A stretch of DNA of 64,000 bases from Thainema sp. (GTDB lineage Bacteria; Cyanobacteriota; Cyanobacteriia; Phormidesmidales; Phormidesmidaceae): contig JBQLZK010000032.1 in assembly GCA_052168235.1 (NCBI GenBank), positions 1 through 64,000 of the forward strand, written 5' to 3'. Of this stretch, positions 37,401-47,506 are shown one piece after another. The notes beneath the pieces were generated by a model that saw nothing but the letters and a program-made list of their open reading frames with translations, was not told the DNA's origin and ran no database searches. Positions within the stretch are counted from its first letter, which is position 1; the number at the start of each line of letters is the position of its first letter. Made by a program: the position numbers and the translations under genes.

Positions 37401-37601
37401 CTGTAGAGAGATGAAGCCGATGCTGTAGTTGTATCCAATCCGCGTATATAGCCTTTCCTGGGCTACTGAGGTATAAGTTATTTTTCGTGAACGGCTGGCT
37501 AGGTCAGCCGTTCACGAAAAATCAACTATTGGGTTTTAACCGAATTTCGTATTAAAGCAAAAGCGGCTGGCGCAACGGTGGCGGTAAATTAGCTCTGTAG
37601 A

Positions 37602-38249
37602 TTAGCGCTTGCGAGCAACAATATTATAAATATGCCAGTGTTTGTCTTCGCCAAGAGCCGTCTTACCCGGATGTTCTTCCTCATCTAAAAGCTCGATTTC
37701 GAAGGGAGCCAGTAGCCGCTCAATCTGCGGGCGAGTATGGTGATTCACATTCGCATTACTCGCCCAAGAATCGCGATCGCCAAATAGATGCCCACAAAAT
37801 CGTCCCCCCGATCGCAACGCCGCCACAATTTCTTCCCACAGATCTAAAAAGTGGCTGGGCGGACAAAACGGTAAGCAAAAGCTAGCATTAATCAAATCGA
37901 CATCAGGCGGCAAGGTCAACTCTTCAAACCGCTGCACACGAGTTTCCAAATATGTTCGATCAATATCCTGGCGCTGACGAAGACGGGTCAGTGCTTCCGG
38001 CTCACCATCAATGGCTAAAACTCGCCAGTTGCGCCGCAGTAGTTCCACCGTATCGCGTCCGTTACCGCAGCCTAAATCAACTGCAAATCCAGCAGTCGGC
38101 TCCGCATTTGGCTCAGCCTGCGTCGTAAAGGAATTAAGCGCCGCTAATAAAGTTGCGCGGGGCGGACGATTGGAAACAGCCTGGTAGTAGTTAACCCAGC
38201 GGTCATGAAGCTGGTTGGCATCAGCAGCCGATAAGGTTGGATTGTCCAT
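37602..38249 (-). CDS. Class I SAM-dependent methyltransferase
   Basis: AVDLGCGNGRD motif I, LRSGGRFCG. Confidence 0.88.
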   Translation of the reverse strand: MDNPTLSAADANQLHDRWVNYYQAVSNRPPRATLLAALNSFTTQAEPNAEPTAGFAVDLGCGNGRDTVELLRRNWRVLAIDGEPEALTRLRQRQDIDRTYLETRVQRFEELTLPPDVDLINASFCLPFCPPSHFLDLWEEIVAALRSGGRFCGHLFGDRDSWASNANVNHHTRPQIERLLAPFEIELLDEEEHPGKTALGEDKHWHIYNIVARKR

Positions 38250-38373
38250 TTGCCATCTCGTCCAAAAGTCACACATTTTATGTTAAATCAGTTGAGTTTG
38301 GGTAGGGGCACGGCAATGCCGTGCCCCTACCTGGGTTAATTTGCAGAACAGGAATCAATCAATCTGCTAAAAG

Positions 38374-38982
38374 CTACAGCAGGGCAGGTATAGCTGCCGT
38401 GTTCTGTGTGTTTACCAACGGCTCACGAGCGGGTTGTGCAGGGGGTTCACCTTTGCAAAATGCGAGTTCCGCTTCCAGCTCATTAACAGCATCCCAAGCG
38501 GCTTCTGCTTCCGCTGCGTCAGGGCCAGCCTGAGCCTCAACGGCACGAGCATTAGCCACTACTTCTTGCAGAGCCTTCTCTAATAGCGGCACTCGAGGAT
38601 TCTCGATGAAGTCGCTCTTCGTGAGAATGTCCTGTATCGACACGATGCCCAGCAAATCACCTTTGATGACGGGTGCGCGGTCAATGTTAGTCTGGGCAAA
38701 TAAACGAGCCACATATTCAACGGCCAAGTCGGGATTAACGACCACACAAGGTTTGGTCATTACCTCGTAAACCTTGACCTGCTTGGGATCTTTGCCATAA
38801 GCAATGACTTTACTGGCGATGTCTGTGTCGGTGACAATGCCGTAGGCATCTTCCTCGTGGCGGCGATCAACAATCAAGGAATGAATGCCTTTGAACTTCA
38901 TGAGCCGAGCCGCGTCTGCTACGGTGGCAGAGCCTTTCACGATAGCGACATCTTCGGTCATTACATCTTTTGCTTTCGTCAT
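38374..38982 (-). CDS. CBS-domain protein with C-terminal CP12-like domain
   Basis: Two CBS repeats (GIVTDTDI, GIVSIQDI); AWDAVNEL CP12 core. Confidence 0.85.
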   Translation of the reverse strand: MTKAKDVMTEDVAIVKGSATVADAARLMKFKGIHSLIVDRRHEEDAYGIVTDTDIASKVIAYGKDPKQVKVYEVMTKPCVVVNPDLAVEYVARLFAQTNIDRAPVIKGDLLGIVSIQDILTKSDFIENPRVPLLEKALQEVVANARAVEAQAGPDAAEAEAAWDAVNELEAELAFCKGEPPAQPAREPLVNTQNTAAIPALL

Positions 38983-39171
38983 TGAGGTATCCTCATCTCT
39001 TTAATGCAATTGTTTAAGCGGTCACCCGCTAATACCTCTCAACTGGTCTGGAACATGAGCAGTATCTAGGTTTAAGCTTCAGTCACTGAAGCAAACCATA
39101 CTAATCTGCTTGAACTGAAGAAGCCATCACCTCATATCAATAGGCATCACCTCCTTACTTGGTATGTCAAA

Positions 39172-39471
39172 TTAGGCTAGAGCTAAGGGTGCATAGACAT
39201 GACAGCCTTTAGGACAAACGCGATCGCAGGCTTGGCAACCAATGCAGTTATCGGCATTGATCACGCTCATCACCTTGCGTTCAACTTCATCATCATCGTC
39301 ATCTTCGTCTACGACTTCGCCTTCATCATTGAGGGCAATCAGCGCCATCACGCCTCGGCCACAGGCTTTGAAGCAGCGACCGCAGCCCAGGCAGGTTTCC
39401 CAATTAATCTTTTGCAGAAATTGAGGCGTCCAGGACTTGCCTCCAAACGTTAAACCAGTTGCGTAACTCAT
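39172..39471 (-). CDS. fdxB: Ferredoxin III, nif-specific
   Basis: [11 protein letters not shown] and [12 protein letters not shown] with acidic loop. Confidence 0.88.
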   Translation of the reverse strand: MSYATGLTFGGKSWTPQFLQKINWETCLGCGRCFKACGRGVMALIALNDEGEVVDEDDDDDEVERKVMSVINADNCIGCQACDRVCPKGCHVYAPLALA

Positions 39472-39532
39472 CGTGAAATCCTCTCAAAATACATCGGCAG
39501 ATGTGAGCAGATATGGGCAAATACATGACTTG

Positions 39533-39632
39533 TACTAAGTCTGGTTGAAAACCCATCATTTATTTTTTGTGAAACCCTTGCAGAGAAAACGTTTTACAAA
39601 AATAAATTGGGGTCTGATACACAGACTTGACA
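39533..39632. mobile_element. Family B MITE copy
   Basis: AAGTCTGGTTGAAAACCC...ACACAGACTTGA. Confidence 0.75.
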
Positions 39633-39884
39633 TTAAGATGCTCGGGTTCGCACATAAATTGCCTGAATCATGGCGTGATCTAGGGTTAGTTGCTGATTCC
39701 GAGTCCGAACGATGAAGCGTGGAAATCGCTGTTCGAGCGTAATCGGTGTTCCTGGCGATAAGCCAATTGAGCTGAGCTTTTGCAAAAGGGTTGGATCACT
39801 TTCTGTAAAGCGGGCAATGACGCCCCGTTCACCAACTTTTAGCAGCTTGAGTGAAGTCCCAGACAGGGTGAAACCAGTAAACAT
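39633..39884 (-). CDS. feoA: FeoA family protein
   Basis: LKVGERG.I......LSSIGLSPG..I.....FP pattern. Confidence 0.8.
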   Translation of the reverse strand: MFTGFTLSGTSLKLLKVGERGVIARFTESDPTLLQKLSSIGLSPGTPITLEQRFPRFIVRTRNQQLTLDHAMIQAIYVRTRAS

Positions 39885-39946
39885 GTGCAACTTCTCCCAG
39901 AATAGTGGAATGGAACCAGAGCAAGGCTTACGGCATTGAGGCTACG

Positions 39947-40246
39947 TTAAACAAGATAGGCTTCCATATGAGTTTTAATCGTGCAGTCTGAGCGGGGATA
40001 GGCAGAGCAGAGTACGACAAAACCCTTGGCAATTTGGTCGTCATCTAGGAATGACTGGTCTTCCTGATCGATTTCGCCTTCAACTAATTTGCCAACACAG
40101 CTAGAGCAGGCACCGGAACGGCAGGAAAAGGGCAGATCAATATCGTTCTCTTCAGCCGCATCAATGATATAGGTATCGTCGTCAACCGGAATTGTGATGT
40201 CGATTTGACGCTTTTTATTGATTAGGCGAACTTGGTAGGTAGTCAT
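39947..40246 (-). CDS. fdxH: 2Fe-2S ferredoxin, FdxH type
   Basis: [24 protein letters not shown]-terminus, located in nif cluster. Confidence 0.9.
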   Translation of the reverse strand: MTTYQVRLINKKRQIDITIPVDDDTYIIDAAEENDIDLPFSCRSGACSSCVGKLVEGEIDQEDQSFLDDDQIAKGFVVLCSAYPRSDCTIKTHMEAYLV

Positions 40247-40321
40247 GGTGGGGTTCCTCAAGGATTAGTGGTTAATAGTGGATAAGTGGAAAGGTGAGGA
40301 GTTGAGGAGTAAGGAGTAAAA

Positions 40322-40440
40322 GTAGGGTGGGCATTGCCCACCAATTTCACAAAGTGGTTAGAGCCATACAAAACCCATTTGTCATAAAGACTGAGCGAGT
40401 TTCTGGCGCTTACTGATTCGGTGGGCGGTGCCCACCCTAC
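40322..40440. repeat. Inverted REP doublet (REPIN-like)
   Basis: GTAGGGTGGGCATTGCCCACC...GGTGGGCGGTGCCCACCCTAC; single unit at 61754. Confidence 0.75.
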
Positions 40441-40467
40441 AGCGCCTTACTCCTCACTCCTCACTTC

Positions 40468-40833
40468 CTACGAACATGGCACTCCTGCTGGGCTACAGTC
40501 TCCGGCTTGGAAGGATTTCCCACAGCCGCAGGCGTCGGTGGCGTTGGGATTGGTAAACTTGAAGCCGCTTTCGAGCATGCTGTCGATGTAGTCTACGACG
40601 ATGCCGTTGAGGAGTGGAGCGCTCTTGGGATCGATGAAGACTCGGAGACTGCCGGATTGAACGACTTCATCGTTGGGACTGGGTGCATCGGCAATCTTGA
40701 TATCGTATTCGTAGCCGTTGCAGCCGCCATCTTTGACCGCTAAGCGGACACCGCGTTCAGGCGTATAGTTAGGGGTGCCACGCACGAAGGTACGCAGGCG
40801 CAGTTCCGCTAATTCAGTGAGAGTAACAGTCAT
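40468..40833 (-). CDS. hesB: Iron-sulfur cluster assembly accessory protein HesB/IscA
   Basis: GGCNG, CGCGKSF. Confidence 0.92.
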   Translation of the reverse strand: MTVTLTELAELRLRTFVRGTPNYTPERGVRLAVKDGGCNGYEYDIKIADAPSPNDEVVQSGSLRVFIDPKSAPLLNGIVVDYIDSMLESGFKFTNPNATDACGCGKSFQAGDCSPAGVPCS

Positions 40834-41123
40834 AGGAGTCTCCTCGAATGGGGTTTGTAGTCAGATCTACATTGGGTTCTGAACAGGCAGTATTTGGGAC
40901 AATTGGACTTGAGGATGCGATCGCAGGGTGTACAGGTGGGACATACCATCAACGCAATTAGCACACCAGTTTTGAGCAGCCAAGGAGCAGCGACTAAGCC
41001 TGCCATCAGGCTGACTAGAGCCAGTGAGATTTCAAGAAACTGAATCACCTCATCGATCTGGCGCTGACCATGTAACCAAAGTGCGATCGCGCATCCGAAT
41101 AGAAATAGGGCAATCCAAAGCAT
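40830..41123 (-). CDS. Hypothetical two-TM protein with Cys-rich C-terminus
   Basis: Two hydrophobic helices, CPTCTPC...CPKYC....QC; stop overlaps the hesB start. Confidence 0.65.
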   Translation of the reverse strand: MLWIALFLFGCAIALWLHGQRQIDEVIQFLEISLALVSLMAGLVAAPWLLKTGVLIALMVCPTCTPCDRILKSNCPKYCLFRTQCRSDYKPHSRRLL

Positions 41124-41207
41124 AATTTGGGCCAGAATTCAGCAGGTTGCAACGGGCTTGAAATCGCGATTGGGTAAGCGATCAGACAATTGATTGGCCA
41201 AATGATC

Positions 41208-41957
41208 TCAACTGAGCTGGCCGCAAACTGGGCAGTCCAGATCGTGATAGGAACGGCGTTTGGCAAACTCAGCGCGGGCTAAGTCCATCGTCAGCAACTG
41301 ACCGAGTAACGGTTCACCCAAACCCGTGATCAGCTTGACCGCTTCCAGAGCAGCGAGGCAGGCCAATGTCCCGGATACTGCGCCCAGAACGCCAAAGCCC
41401 CAGCGATCCCACTCTGGCTTTTCGGGAAATAGGCAGGTGAGACAGGGCGTTTGCCCCGGCACGATGGTGGTCAAATAGGCATCCATGCTGTTCATGGCGG
41501 CCTCTACCATCGGCTTGCCCCAGCGGACACAGGCCGCATTCAGCAAGTCACGCTCCTTGAAGTCAAAGGCGCAATCGAGGGCGATATCGGCCTGCTGTAC
41601 CAAAGCGTCAATGTTATCGGCACTGACGTACTCACACACTGCTTCAATTTCAATATCAGGATTCAGTTTAGCTAGCGTCTCCTGAGCCTTGAAAACACGT
41701 GGTTTGCCGACCCAATCATCCGTCATTAATATCTGACGATTGAGATCGTCTCGCTGGAGATCACCACCGCGCACGAGGATGAGCTTACCCACACCCGCAA
41801 CGGCCAGGTAAAGCGCTGCCGTCCCGCCCAAGCCACCCACTCCAGTGACCAAAGCCGTGGTGTTTTTCAGCTGTTGCTGACCGACTTCGCCCAGCCCAGG
41901 CAGCATGATCTGGCGGCGATAGCGTTCGAGTTCAGTTGCGGTTAGGGTTGGTAGCAT
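41208..41957 (-). CDS. hesA: HesA/MoeB/ThiF family protein
   Basis: ERYRRQ, GVGGLG, LNRQ, CLTC, CPVC. Confidence 0.92.
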   Translation of the reverse strand: MLPTLTATELERYRRQIMLPGLGEVGQQQLKNTTALVTGVGGLGGTAALYLAVAGVGKLILVRGGDLQRDDLNRQILMTDDWVGKPRVFKAQETLAKLNPDIEIEAVCEYVSADNIDALVQQADIALDCAFDFKERDLLNAACVRWGKPMVEAAMNSMDAYLTTIVPGQTPCLTCLFPEKPEWDRWGFGVLGAVSGTLACLAALEAVKLITGLGEPLLGQLLTMDLARAEFAKRRSYHDLDCPVCGQLS

Positions 41958-41998
41958 AGTGAATTCGTGCGTAGATTGGTGACAGAAAGTAGAACTGA

Positions 41999-42099
41999 TA
42001 TCAAGCCTGTGTATAAGAACCCAATTTATTTTTTGTAAAACGTTTGCTCCGCAAACGTTTTACAAAAAATAAATGATGGGTTTTCAACCAGACTTGATA
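41999..42099. mobile_element. Family B MITE copy (reverse orientation)
   Basis: TATCAAGCCTGTGTA...CAACCAGACTTGATA. Confidence 0.8.
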
Positions 42100-42174
42100 G
42101 GAGCTGGCTGGCCTGCTGATGCTAGGTTTCGTGCCTCAACTCAACCGACGGTTTGCAAGTGCTGAGCCGAGCGG

Positions 42175-42492
42175 CTATTCCATCTCGATATCAGACAGCA
42201 TCACAACGTTCTTCGGCTTGTCTTTGAAAACCTTGAATAGCTTTTGCTCAACGGAACTTGACGTAACGAACAGGATATAAGCATTCTGTAGTTCCTGCCG
42301 ATAGGCAGCTAGCAAGGCATCCTCGCTTTGATTCTTATCTACAGACTGCACCAGTTGAGAAAACTTACGCAGAATATGCAAACGGTTAACGTTCACCACC
42401 TTGGGATCGTAGTCCAGGCCAAAGAATTCAAGATATTCTTCAGCATCTTTCAACTGGTTGAACTGAGCTAGGGATAAGGTTAGGGTCGTCAT
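42175..42492 (-). CDS. nifW: Nitrogenase-stabilising protein NifW
   Basis: AEEYLEFF.L.YD..VV.VNRLHIL, KLFKVF. Confidence 0.93.
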   Translation of the reverse strand: MTTLTLSLAQFNQLKDAEEYLEFFGLDYDPKVVNVNRLHILRKFSQLVQSVDKNQSEDALLAAYRQELQNAYILFVTSSSVEQKLFKVFKDKPKNVVMLSDIEME

Positions 42493-42707
42493 TGGGCGGC
42501 CTCCAGGGTTTTTAGCTGTTGTTTGAGTTCGCGGAGTTGACAGTAGATAGCGTAGGTACGCTCAGCGGCTTCTGGTAATTGTTCGAGGTCATTCGGTAAA
42601 CCTTCAGCAATATCGTGAAGATCCATCTTCATCTGACCCGCTTTGCTGTTCAGCCGTTTGATTTGCTGCTTGAGTTCGTCAACGGTAGGTTCAGTGATCT
42701 GAGTCAT
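42489..42707 (-). CDS. nif-associated small protein (CCE_0567/Rop-like family)
   Basis: AGQMKMDLHDIAEGLP motif. Confidence 0.85.
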   Translation of the reverse strand: MTQITEPTVDELKQQIKRLNSKAGQMKMDLHDIAEGLPNDLEQLPEAAERTYAIYCQLRELKQQLKTLEAAQ

Positions 42708-42785
42708 AGGAGAACAAAGCTTGAGACATGAAAGGTCGGGAGTGAAGGAAGTAGGGGCGACTGGCAGTCGCCCAGAGGATTAGGG

Positions 42786-43265
42786 TTAAATATCACACAC
42801 TTCAGGATACTTGCGAGCCAGATCAACCCCTTTCTGCACCAGCTTTTCACCTTCAGCATTGAGCTTTTCCAGAGTGTCAAAACCAAAGCGTTGAGCATCA
42901 CGCAGGGTCTTGGAAACTAGGATTAAGCGACCGGAGAAGATCAGCGCCCAGCCAAAGCCTTCGTGGCTCAAATCCACAACCACTTGGGAAAGCTGGCCCG
43001 TTTCTTCCTCAATCCGAGCTGCGATCGCACGATAGAAACCCAAAATTCGGCTCAGCGTGATCGGGTCTACATCGCCTTCTACCGGAATCTCTCGACGCTG
43101 CTTCTTGGGAATCACATAGGGCTTTAGCAGCAGCTCATCACTCCAATTTTGGTAAGTACCATAGGGATCATTGGCGCGAATTTGCTGAACAATGGCTTTG
43201 AGAAAGGGCGAATTATCGACCAGTAGCGCTGCGCTAAACGTGTCAGGAGTTTCAACTGGACTCAT
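42786..43265 (-). CDS. NifX-associated nitrogen fixation protein (DUF269)
   Basis: RA.D.YG, SHEGFG, LRDAQRFGF. Confidence 0.9.
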   Translation of the reverse strand: MSPVETPDTFSAALLVDNSPFLKAIVQQIRANDPYGTYQNWSDELLLKPYVIPKKQRREIPVEGDVDPITLSRILGFYRAIAARIEEETGQLSQVVVDLSHEGFGWALIFSGRLILVSKTLRDAQRFGFDTLEKLNAEGEKLVQKGVDLARKYPEVCDI

Positions 43266-43699
43266 ACAAGTACCTCTTCTTCAACTGTGTCAAAATCATC
43301 ATCGAACTGGCTGGCTGCTTGGGCTGCTTTTCCCTTTTGTAGAGCCTTACGCAGCCAAGGTGGTGGGCTGCTGTTGAGGGTCTTCACCAACCGAGTCAGC
43401 ACGGCTTCAATTTTGTCATCTTCAGACTCTGCTTTAATCGGTGTGATGTTGCGGTGAATTAGGCGAGCGGCTGCGCTACCACCAATGGCAGCTACATAGA
43501 CAATCGTGCAGTCGTGTAAGGCTTTCAGCTTCGGCTCCAGCTTGTCTTCATTGCCATCTTCTTTGAGGTCGCCTGTGAACTCTAAGGCTTCTACAAAGTT
43601 GTAGCCTTCTGTATCAACCTCATACACATCAATCTGATTAGCCCAGCCAAAGTGAGCATTAATATGAACGGAATCCTTGGTTGTGAATGCTATTTTCAT
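43262..43699 (-). CDS. nifX: FeMo-cofactor carrier NifX
   Basis: MKIAF...NAHFG, AIGGSAAA, PPPWLRK. Confidence 0.93.
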   Translation of the reverse strand: MKIAFTTKDSVHINAHFGWANQIDVYEVDTEGYNFVEALEFTGDLKEDGNEDKLEPKLKALHDCTIVYVAAIGGSAAARLIHRNITPIKAESEDDKIEAVLTRLVKTLNSSPPPWLRKALQKGKAAQAASQFDDDFDTVEEEVLV

Positions 43700-43736
43700 C
43701 AGTTGTCTCCGTTTGAGAATAAAACTTCCTCTCGTT

Positions 43737-46541
43737 TCACTCCTGTCTCCACCCCTGCACCAGCTCATGCGCGTGCTCCTCGTCTGCTTCCATAAAGATG
43801 TTGCCAATGTCGAAAAGGAGCTGGGTGGTGCCGTCGTAGCCGACAATGCAGCGGCGACCATTGCCAAGGCGGTCGAAGATCGGAAAGCCCAAGCGATAGA
43901 GCGGAATCTCCAACTGCTTCGAGAGCGCTTTGGCGTTGGAATTAGCAATCAGCAGATCTGCCCCGTTTGCCAACTGGGCAAAATCTTCTAGGTCGCCAAT
44001 GGTGACCGTCTCAATCGGCAAATCCTTGAGCAGCTTGGACTTCGTGGTGGTAACAGCCGCATGAACTTTCGCTCCAGTGGTAGTGAGCCACCATGCGATC
44101 GCATGTAGCAAATCGGGTTCCAGAGCCAGAGCCACTCGCTTGCGACCAAAGAAGAAATGGGTATCCAGAATGGCATCCTGAAGCTGGCGGCGCTGGTGCA
44201 GGTATTTTGCGGGAACAGGTTGACCACTAATGACAGAAAGTTTATCTAAAAACTGATCGACGGCAGCTAGACCTGTCAGGCTGTTAAGTACGGTAAACTC
44301 AGTGCCAAACCGCTGTTGCAGGATCGCGGCGGCGGCGGTCATCGTATCGCCAATCGCTAAGGTCAAGATAGAGCGATTGAGCGATCGCAACTCTGCCAAG
44401 GTCGTACCACCTGTGGTCACAGCGCTATATTCGTCCGATAAATGCCCATCCAGAGAAGCGGATAAATCCGGTAGCACCACAGGCTTTAGACCAAAGGCTT
44501 CTACCATATCTTTGACCGCCTGCACATCACCTGGAGCCAGAGACGATCCGACCAACACCGTTACCTGCTGCTCGGCAGTCGGAACTGGATGGGGATAGTA
44601 GGGGTCGGTGTGCAGCGCATCTAAATCAAAGCCATTCTCATGACCGATCGGAATATCTCGCACCAGTGCTTCAACCGCCGTCGCATAGCCATCCTGCAAT
44701 GCCCCCTTAAAGTCCGGCGTAGATGCAAATGCAATCGGTAGATTAGCTAGTTCGGGCCGATTCTGCCGAATCGTGCGCAGGATGCCCTGCATATCATCCC
44801 CCCTTGTCTCTGTAAGCCCTGTGGTGCAAAGGCCAATCACCTCTGGCTGCGCCTTTTCAAGCAGAGTCAGAATCGCGGTTTCGATATTTTCTTCTCCACC
44901 CAGAATAGTGGTCACCTCCGTCATCGCCGTCGTAGACATCGGAATCGCTTCCCGGAAGTGGCGCACCAGCATCACTTTGGCAAACGCCGTACAGCCCTGC
45001 GACCCGTGGAATAGCGGCATGATGCCTTTGACGCCTAAGAAAGCTAGCGATGCTCCCAGCGGCTGGCTTTGCTTCAGAGGATTGACGGCAACGGACTTTT
45101 TGCGAGCGACAATTTTGGTGGGAGGGTGGATGGGTGGATGGGTGGATGGGTGGATTGCATCAGCTCCCTTGCTCTCTTCCCACGGCGCAGCCAACCGCAC
45201 CTGTTGCCAAATCGGACTATGCAGCGCTTCATCCAGCTCCTTAGCCATTTCAATCATGCCGACATAGCCAGCGTAGGGATGGTGGCGTTCTTGGTTAATA
45301 TCGAGGAAGGGAATACGGGCTTTGAGGGCAGTGTACTGGTTGCGACCTCCGGCAATCAGCATGTCGGCATTGGTCTTGGCGATCACCTTCAGCAGCTCTT
45401 GGGCGTTCCCCTTCTGCATCATAATGCCGTCTTTGCCCAGCAGCTCTTTAATCCGAGCCTTATCTTCCTCAGTACTCTTTTTGGTACTGGTGGCAACTAC
45501 TTCAATTCCAAGGTCTTGAGCCGCAGAGATAATCGACCAGCTCTTAACGCCGCCCGTGTAGAGCACAACGCGCTTGCCCTGGAGTCGCTGGCGATAGGGT
45601 TCTAGAGCCTGATTAAGCTTAGCGGTTTCCTCCGCAATCAGATCTTCGACACGAGCTTTGAGGTCATCGTCATTGAAATGAGCTGCGATCGCACGAAGCA
45701 AGTTATTCATATCTTCCACGCCATAAATTGACGCTTCGATATAGGGAATGCCATAGCGCTCCTGCATCTTGTGCGCCATATTAATCAGCGCCTTTGAGCA
45801 GATCATCACATTGAGCTTGGCTCGGTGAGCACAGGTGATTTCTTTGTAGCGGGCATCGCCAGTAATCTTAGCTAGTACACGGATACCCAGCTTTTCCAGC
45901 AGCGGCACCACGCCCCACATTTCACCAGCGATATTGTATTCACCAATCAAGTTAATGTCATAGGGAGTCGTATATTCCGGTTCACCTGTGCCGACAACAT
46001 ACTCCAGCAGCGCCTCACCGCCGATCCGGTTGCCCAGGTTCTTGCTGCCCACAAAGCCAGGAGAACTAACGGGTACAACAGGTAAACCAAACTTTTTAGT
46101 TGCCGCCTGACAAACCGCATCCAAATCATCCCCAATCAATGCCGTCACACAGGTCAGGTAAACGAATACTGCCGCCGGGTTATACCGTTCCTTAACCTCG
46201 TGAATCGCCTTATAAAGCTTCTTTTCGCCGCCGAAGATAATGTCGTTTTCGCTTAGATCCGTCGTAAAGCCCATCTTGTAAATCATGGGTCCAGACGAAA
46301 GGCTACCCCGACTGCCCCACGAGTTGCCCGCACAAGCAATGGGGCCATGTACCAAATGCGCCACATCCGTGATAGGAACTAAGGCAATACTGGCTCCATC
46401 GAAGGCGCATCCGCCCTGAGCCGCACCGGGTTGAGCTTGCTGCTGACAGGCTTTGTTCTTACCCTTCTCACCTTTCTTGTGATTATGCTCACAGCCCGGC
46501 TGGGTCAGCAGTTCGTTGATTTTACCAGCAGTCATTTTCAT
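43737..46541 (-). CDS. nifEN: Fused nitrogenase FeMo-cofactor scaffold NifEN
   Basis: NifE half ([28 protein letters not shown]) in frame with NifN half ([26 protein letters not shown]). Confidence 0.95.
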   Translation of the reverse strand: MKMTAGKINELLTQPGCEHNHKKGEKGKNKACQQQAQPGAAQGGCAFDGASIALVPITDVAHLVHGPIACAGNSWGSRGSLSSGPMIYKMGFTTDLSENDIIFGGEKKLYKAIHEVKERYNPAAVFVYLTCVTALIGDDLDAVCQAATKKFGLPVVPVSSPGFVGSKNLGNRIGGEALLEYVVGTGEPEYTTPYDINLIGEYNIAGEMWGVVPLLEKLGIRVLAKITGDARYKEITCAHRAKLNVMICSKALINMAHKMQERYGIPYIEASIYGVEDMNNLLRAIAAHFNDDDLKARVEDLIAEETAKLNQALEPYRQRLQGKRVVLYTGGVKSWSIISAAQDLGIEVVATSTKKSTEEDKARIKELLGKDGIMMQKGNAQELLKVIAKTNADMLIAGGRNQYTALKARIPFLDINQERHHPYAGYVGMIEMAKELDEALHSPIWQQVRLAAPWEESKGADAIHPSTHPPIHPPTKIVARKKSVAVNPLKQSQPLGASLAFLGVKGIMPLFHGSQGCTAFAKVMLVRHFREAIPMSTTAMTEVTTILGGEENIETAILTLLEKAQPEVIGLCTTGLTETRGDDMQGILRTIRQNRPELANLPIAFASTPDFKGALQDGYATAVEALVRDIPIGHENGFDLDALHTDPYYPHPVPTAEQQVTVLVGSSLAPGDVQAVKDMVEAFGLKPVVLPDLSASLDGHLSDEYSAVTTGGTTLAELRSLNRSILTLAIGDTMTAAAAILQQRFGTEFTVLNSLTGLAAVDQFLDKLSVISGQPVPAKYLHQRRQLQDAILDTHFFFGRKRVALALEPDLLHAIAWWLTTTGAKVHAAVTTTKSKLLKDLPIETVTIGDLEDFAQLANGADLLIANSNAKALSKQLEIPLYRLGFPIFDRLGNGRRCIVGYDGTTQLLFDIGNIFMEADEEHAHELVQGWRQE
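45124..45155. repeat. (GGGTGGAT)x4 tandem repeat in the NifE-NifN linker
   Basis: Four exact octamers, translated as [11 protein letters not shown]. Confidence 0.9.
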
Positions 46542-46602
46542 GGCAGTTGGGGAGGTAAGGAGCAAAGAGTAAAGCGTGAGGCGTGAGGCGCTAAATCTGG
46601 AC

Positions 46603-46684
46603 GTAGGGGCGAAGCATTTGGGTTAGAAGTTATAAATATGACTCAAAGGCCGTTGACCAAATGCTTCGCCCTCCTTCGCCCTAC
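46603..46684. repeat. GTAG-type REP with spacer (GGGCGAAGCATTTG class)
   Basis: GTAGGGGCGAAGCATTTGG...CCAAATGCTTCGCCC. Confidence 0.7.
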
Positions 46685-46693
46685 CGATGAAAT

Positions 46694-47017
46694 TCAGCAA
46701 AGGTACTGGGTGACATCTTCGCCACAGACATCTGCCAGATAACCCAAAGAGCGAAACCGTAAACCGACCAGTTCGTTATAAAGCGGATTGAGTTTGCACA
46801 GAGCTGGAATATGAACCGTGCGGCCAAATAGAGAAATATCTCGTTCAAAGGGGCAGCAGCAGGGAACAACTCGGCAAACCAGATGAGCAAAATGACGGTT
46901 GGTGACTTTAATCTGCTCAACCCAGCGACGCAGCGGTCTGAGTAGGTCAAAGCCAGGTAATTTTCGAGGCTCTGCCGCAACAGATTGGGGATGGGAGTGT
47001 GGTGTGAGGAGTACCAT
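46694..47017 (-). CDS. Mo-dependent nitrogenase C-terminal domain protein
   Basis: CPFERD...HIPALCKLNPLY..L..LRFR.L.YLAD.CGEDV. Confidence 0.88.
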   Translation of the reverse strand: MVLLTPHSHPQSVAAEPRKLPGFDLLRPLRRWVEQIKVTNRHFAHLVCRVVPCCCPFERDISLFGRTVHIPALCKLNPLYNELVGLRFRSLGYLADVCGEDVTQYLC

Positions 47018-47108
47018 AGGTTGGCCTCAGAAATAGCAATTTACGATTTGAATTTTGATGTGCCTTGATCGAAAATCAGCAATCTAAAATCCAAAATCCA
47101 AAATATAC

Positions 47109-47402
47109 TTACCAGTCTTCTTGCTCGATCAGCGGCTTATGATCTTCGGCCAGTTCCAATTCGCGACTGAGGCAACCAACTACAAAGTTGGATTCCAGAA
47201 AATGCACGGAGTAGATGTAAGCCCGCTGTAGGTAAGTCCCAATGCCGACAATGTAGCCAATGTCGCCTTTCTTCGCCAGATGGAAACCAATATCTTTGCC
47301 GGGAAAGGTGCCGTCGTTACGGATCAATTTACGGGTGCGAACACGCTGGCCCATATCAAAAATAGGTGGCCCATCCAGTTCAATTTCTTCGCTGAGTTTC
47401 AT
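47109..47402 (-). CDS. nifZ: Nitrogen fixation protein NifZ
   Basis: IRNDGTFPG, IGTYLQ, Y.VHF, VGC. Confidence 0.92.
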   Translation of the reverse strand: MKLSEEIELDGPPIFDMGQRVRTRKLIRNDGTFPGKDIGFHLAKKGDIGYIVGIGTYLQRAYIYSVHFLESNFVVGCLSRELELAEDHKPLIEQEDW

Positions 47403-47427
47403 GAAATTCTCCAGTGAAGGGTCAAAT

Positions 47428-47496
47428 GTAGGGGCGAATGGTATTCGCCTGTACGGGCAAGGTTCAGGTGTAGGGGCGAATGGCATTCGCCCCTAA
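47428..47496. repeat. Two tandem GTAG-type REPs
   Basis: GTAGGGGCGAATGG.ATTCGCC.. twice. Confidence 0.8.
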
Positions 47497-47506
47497 GGGA
47501 GACGAA

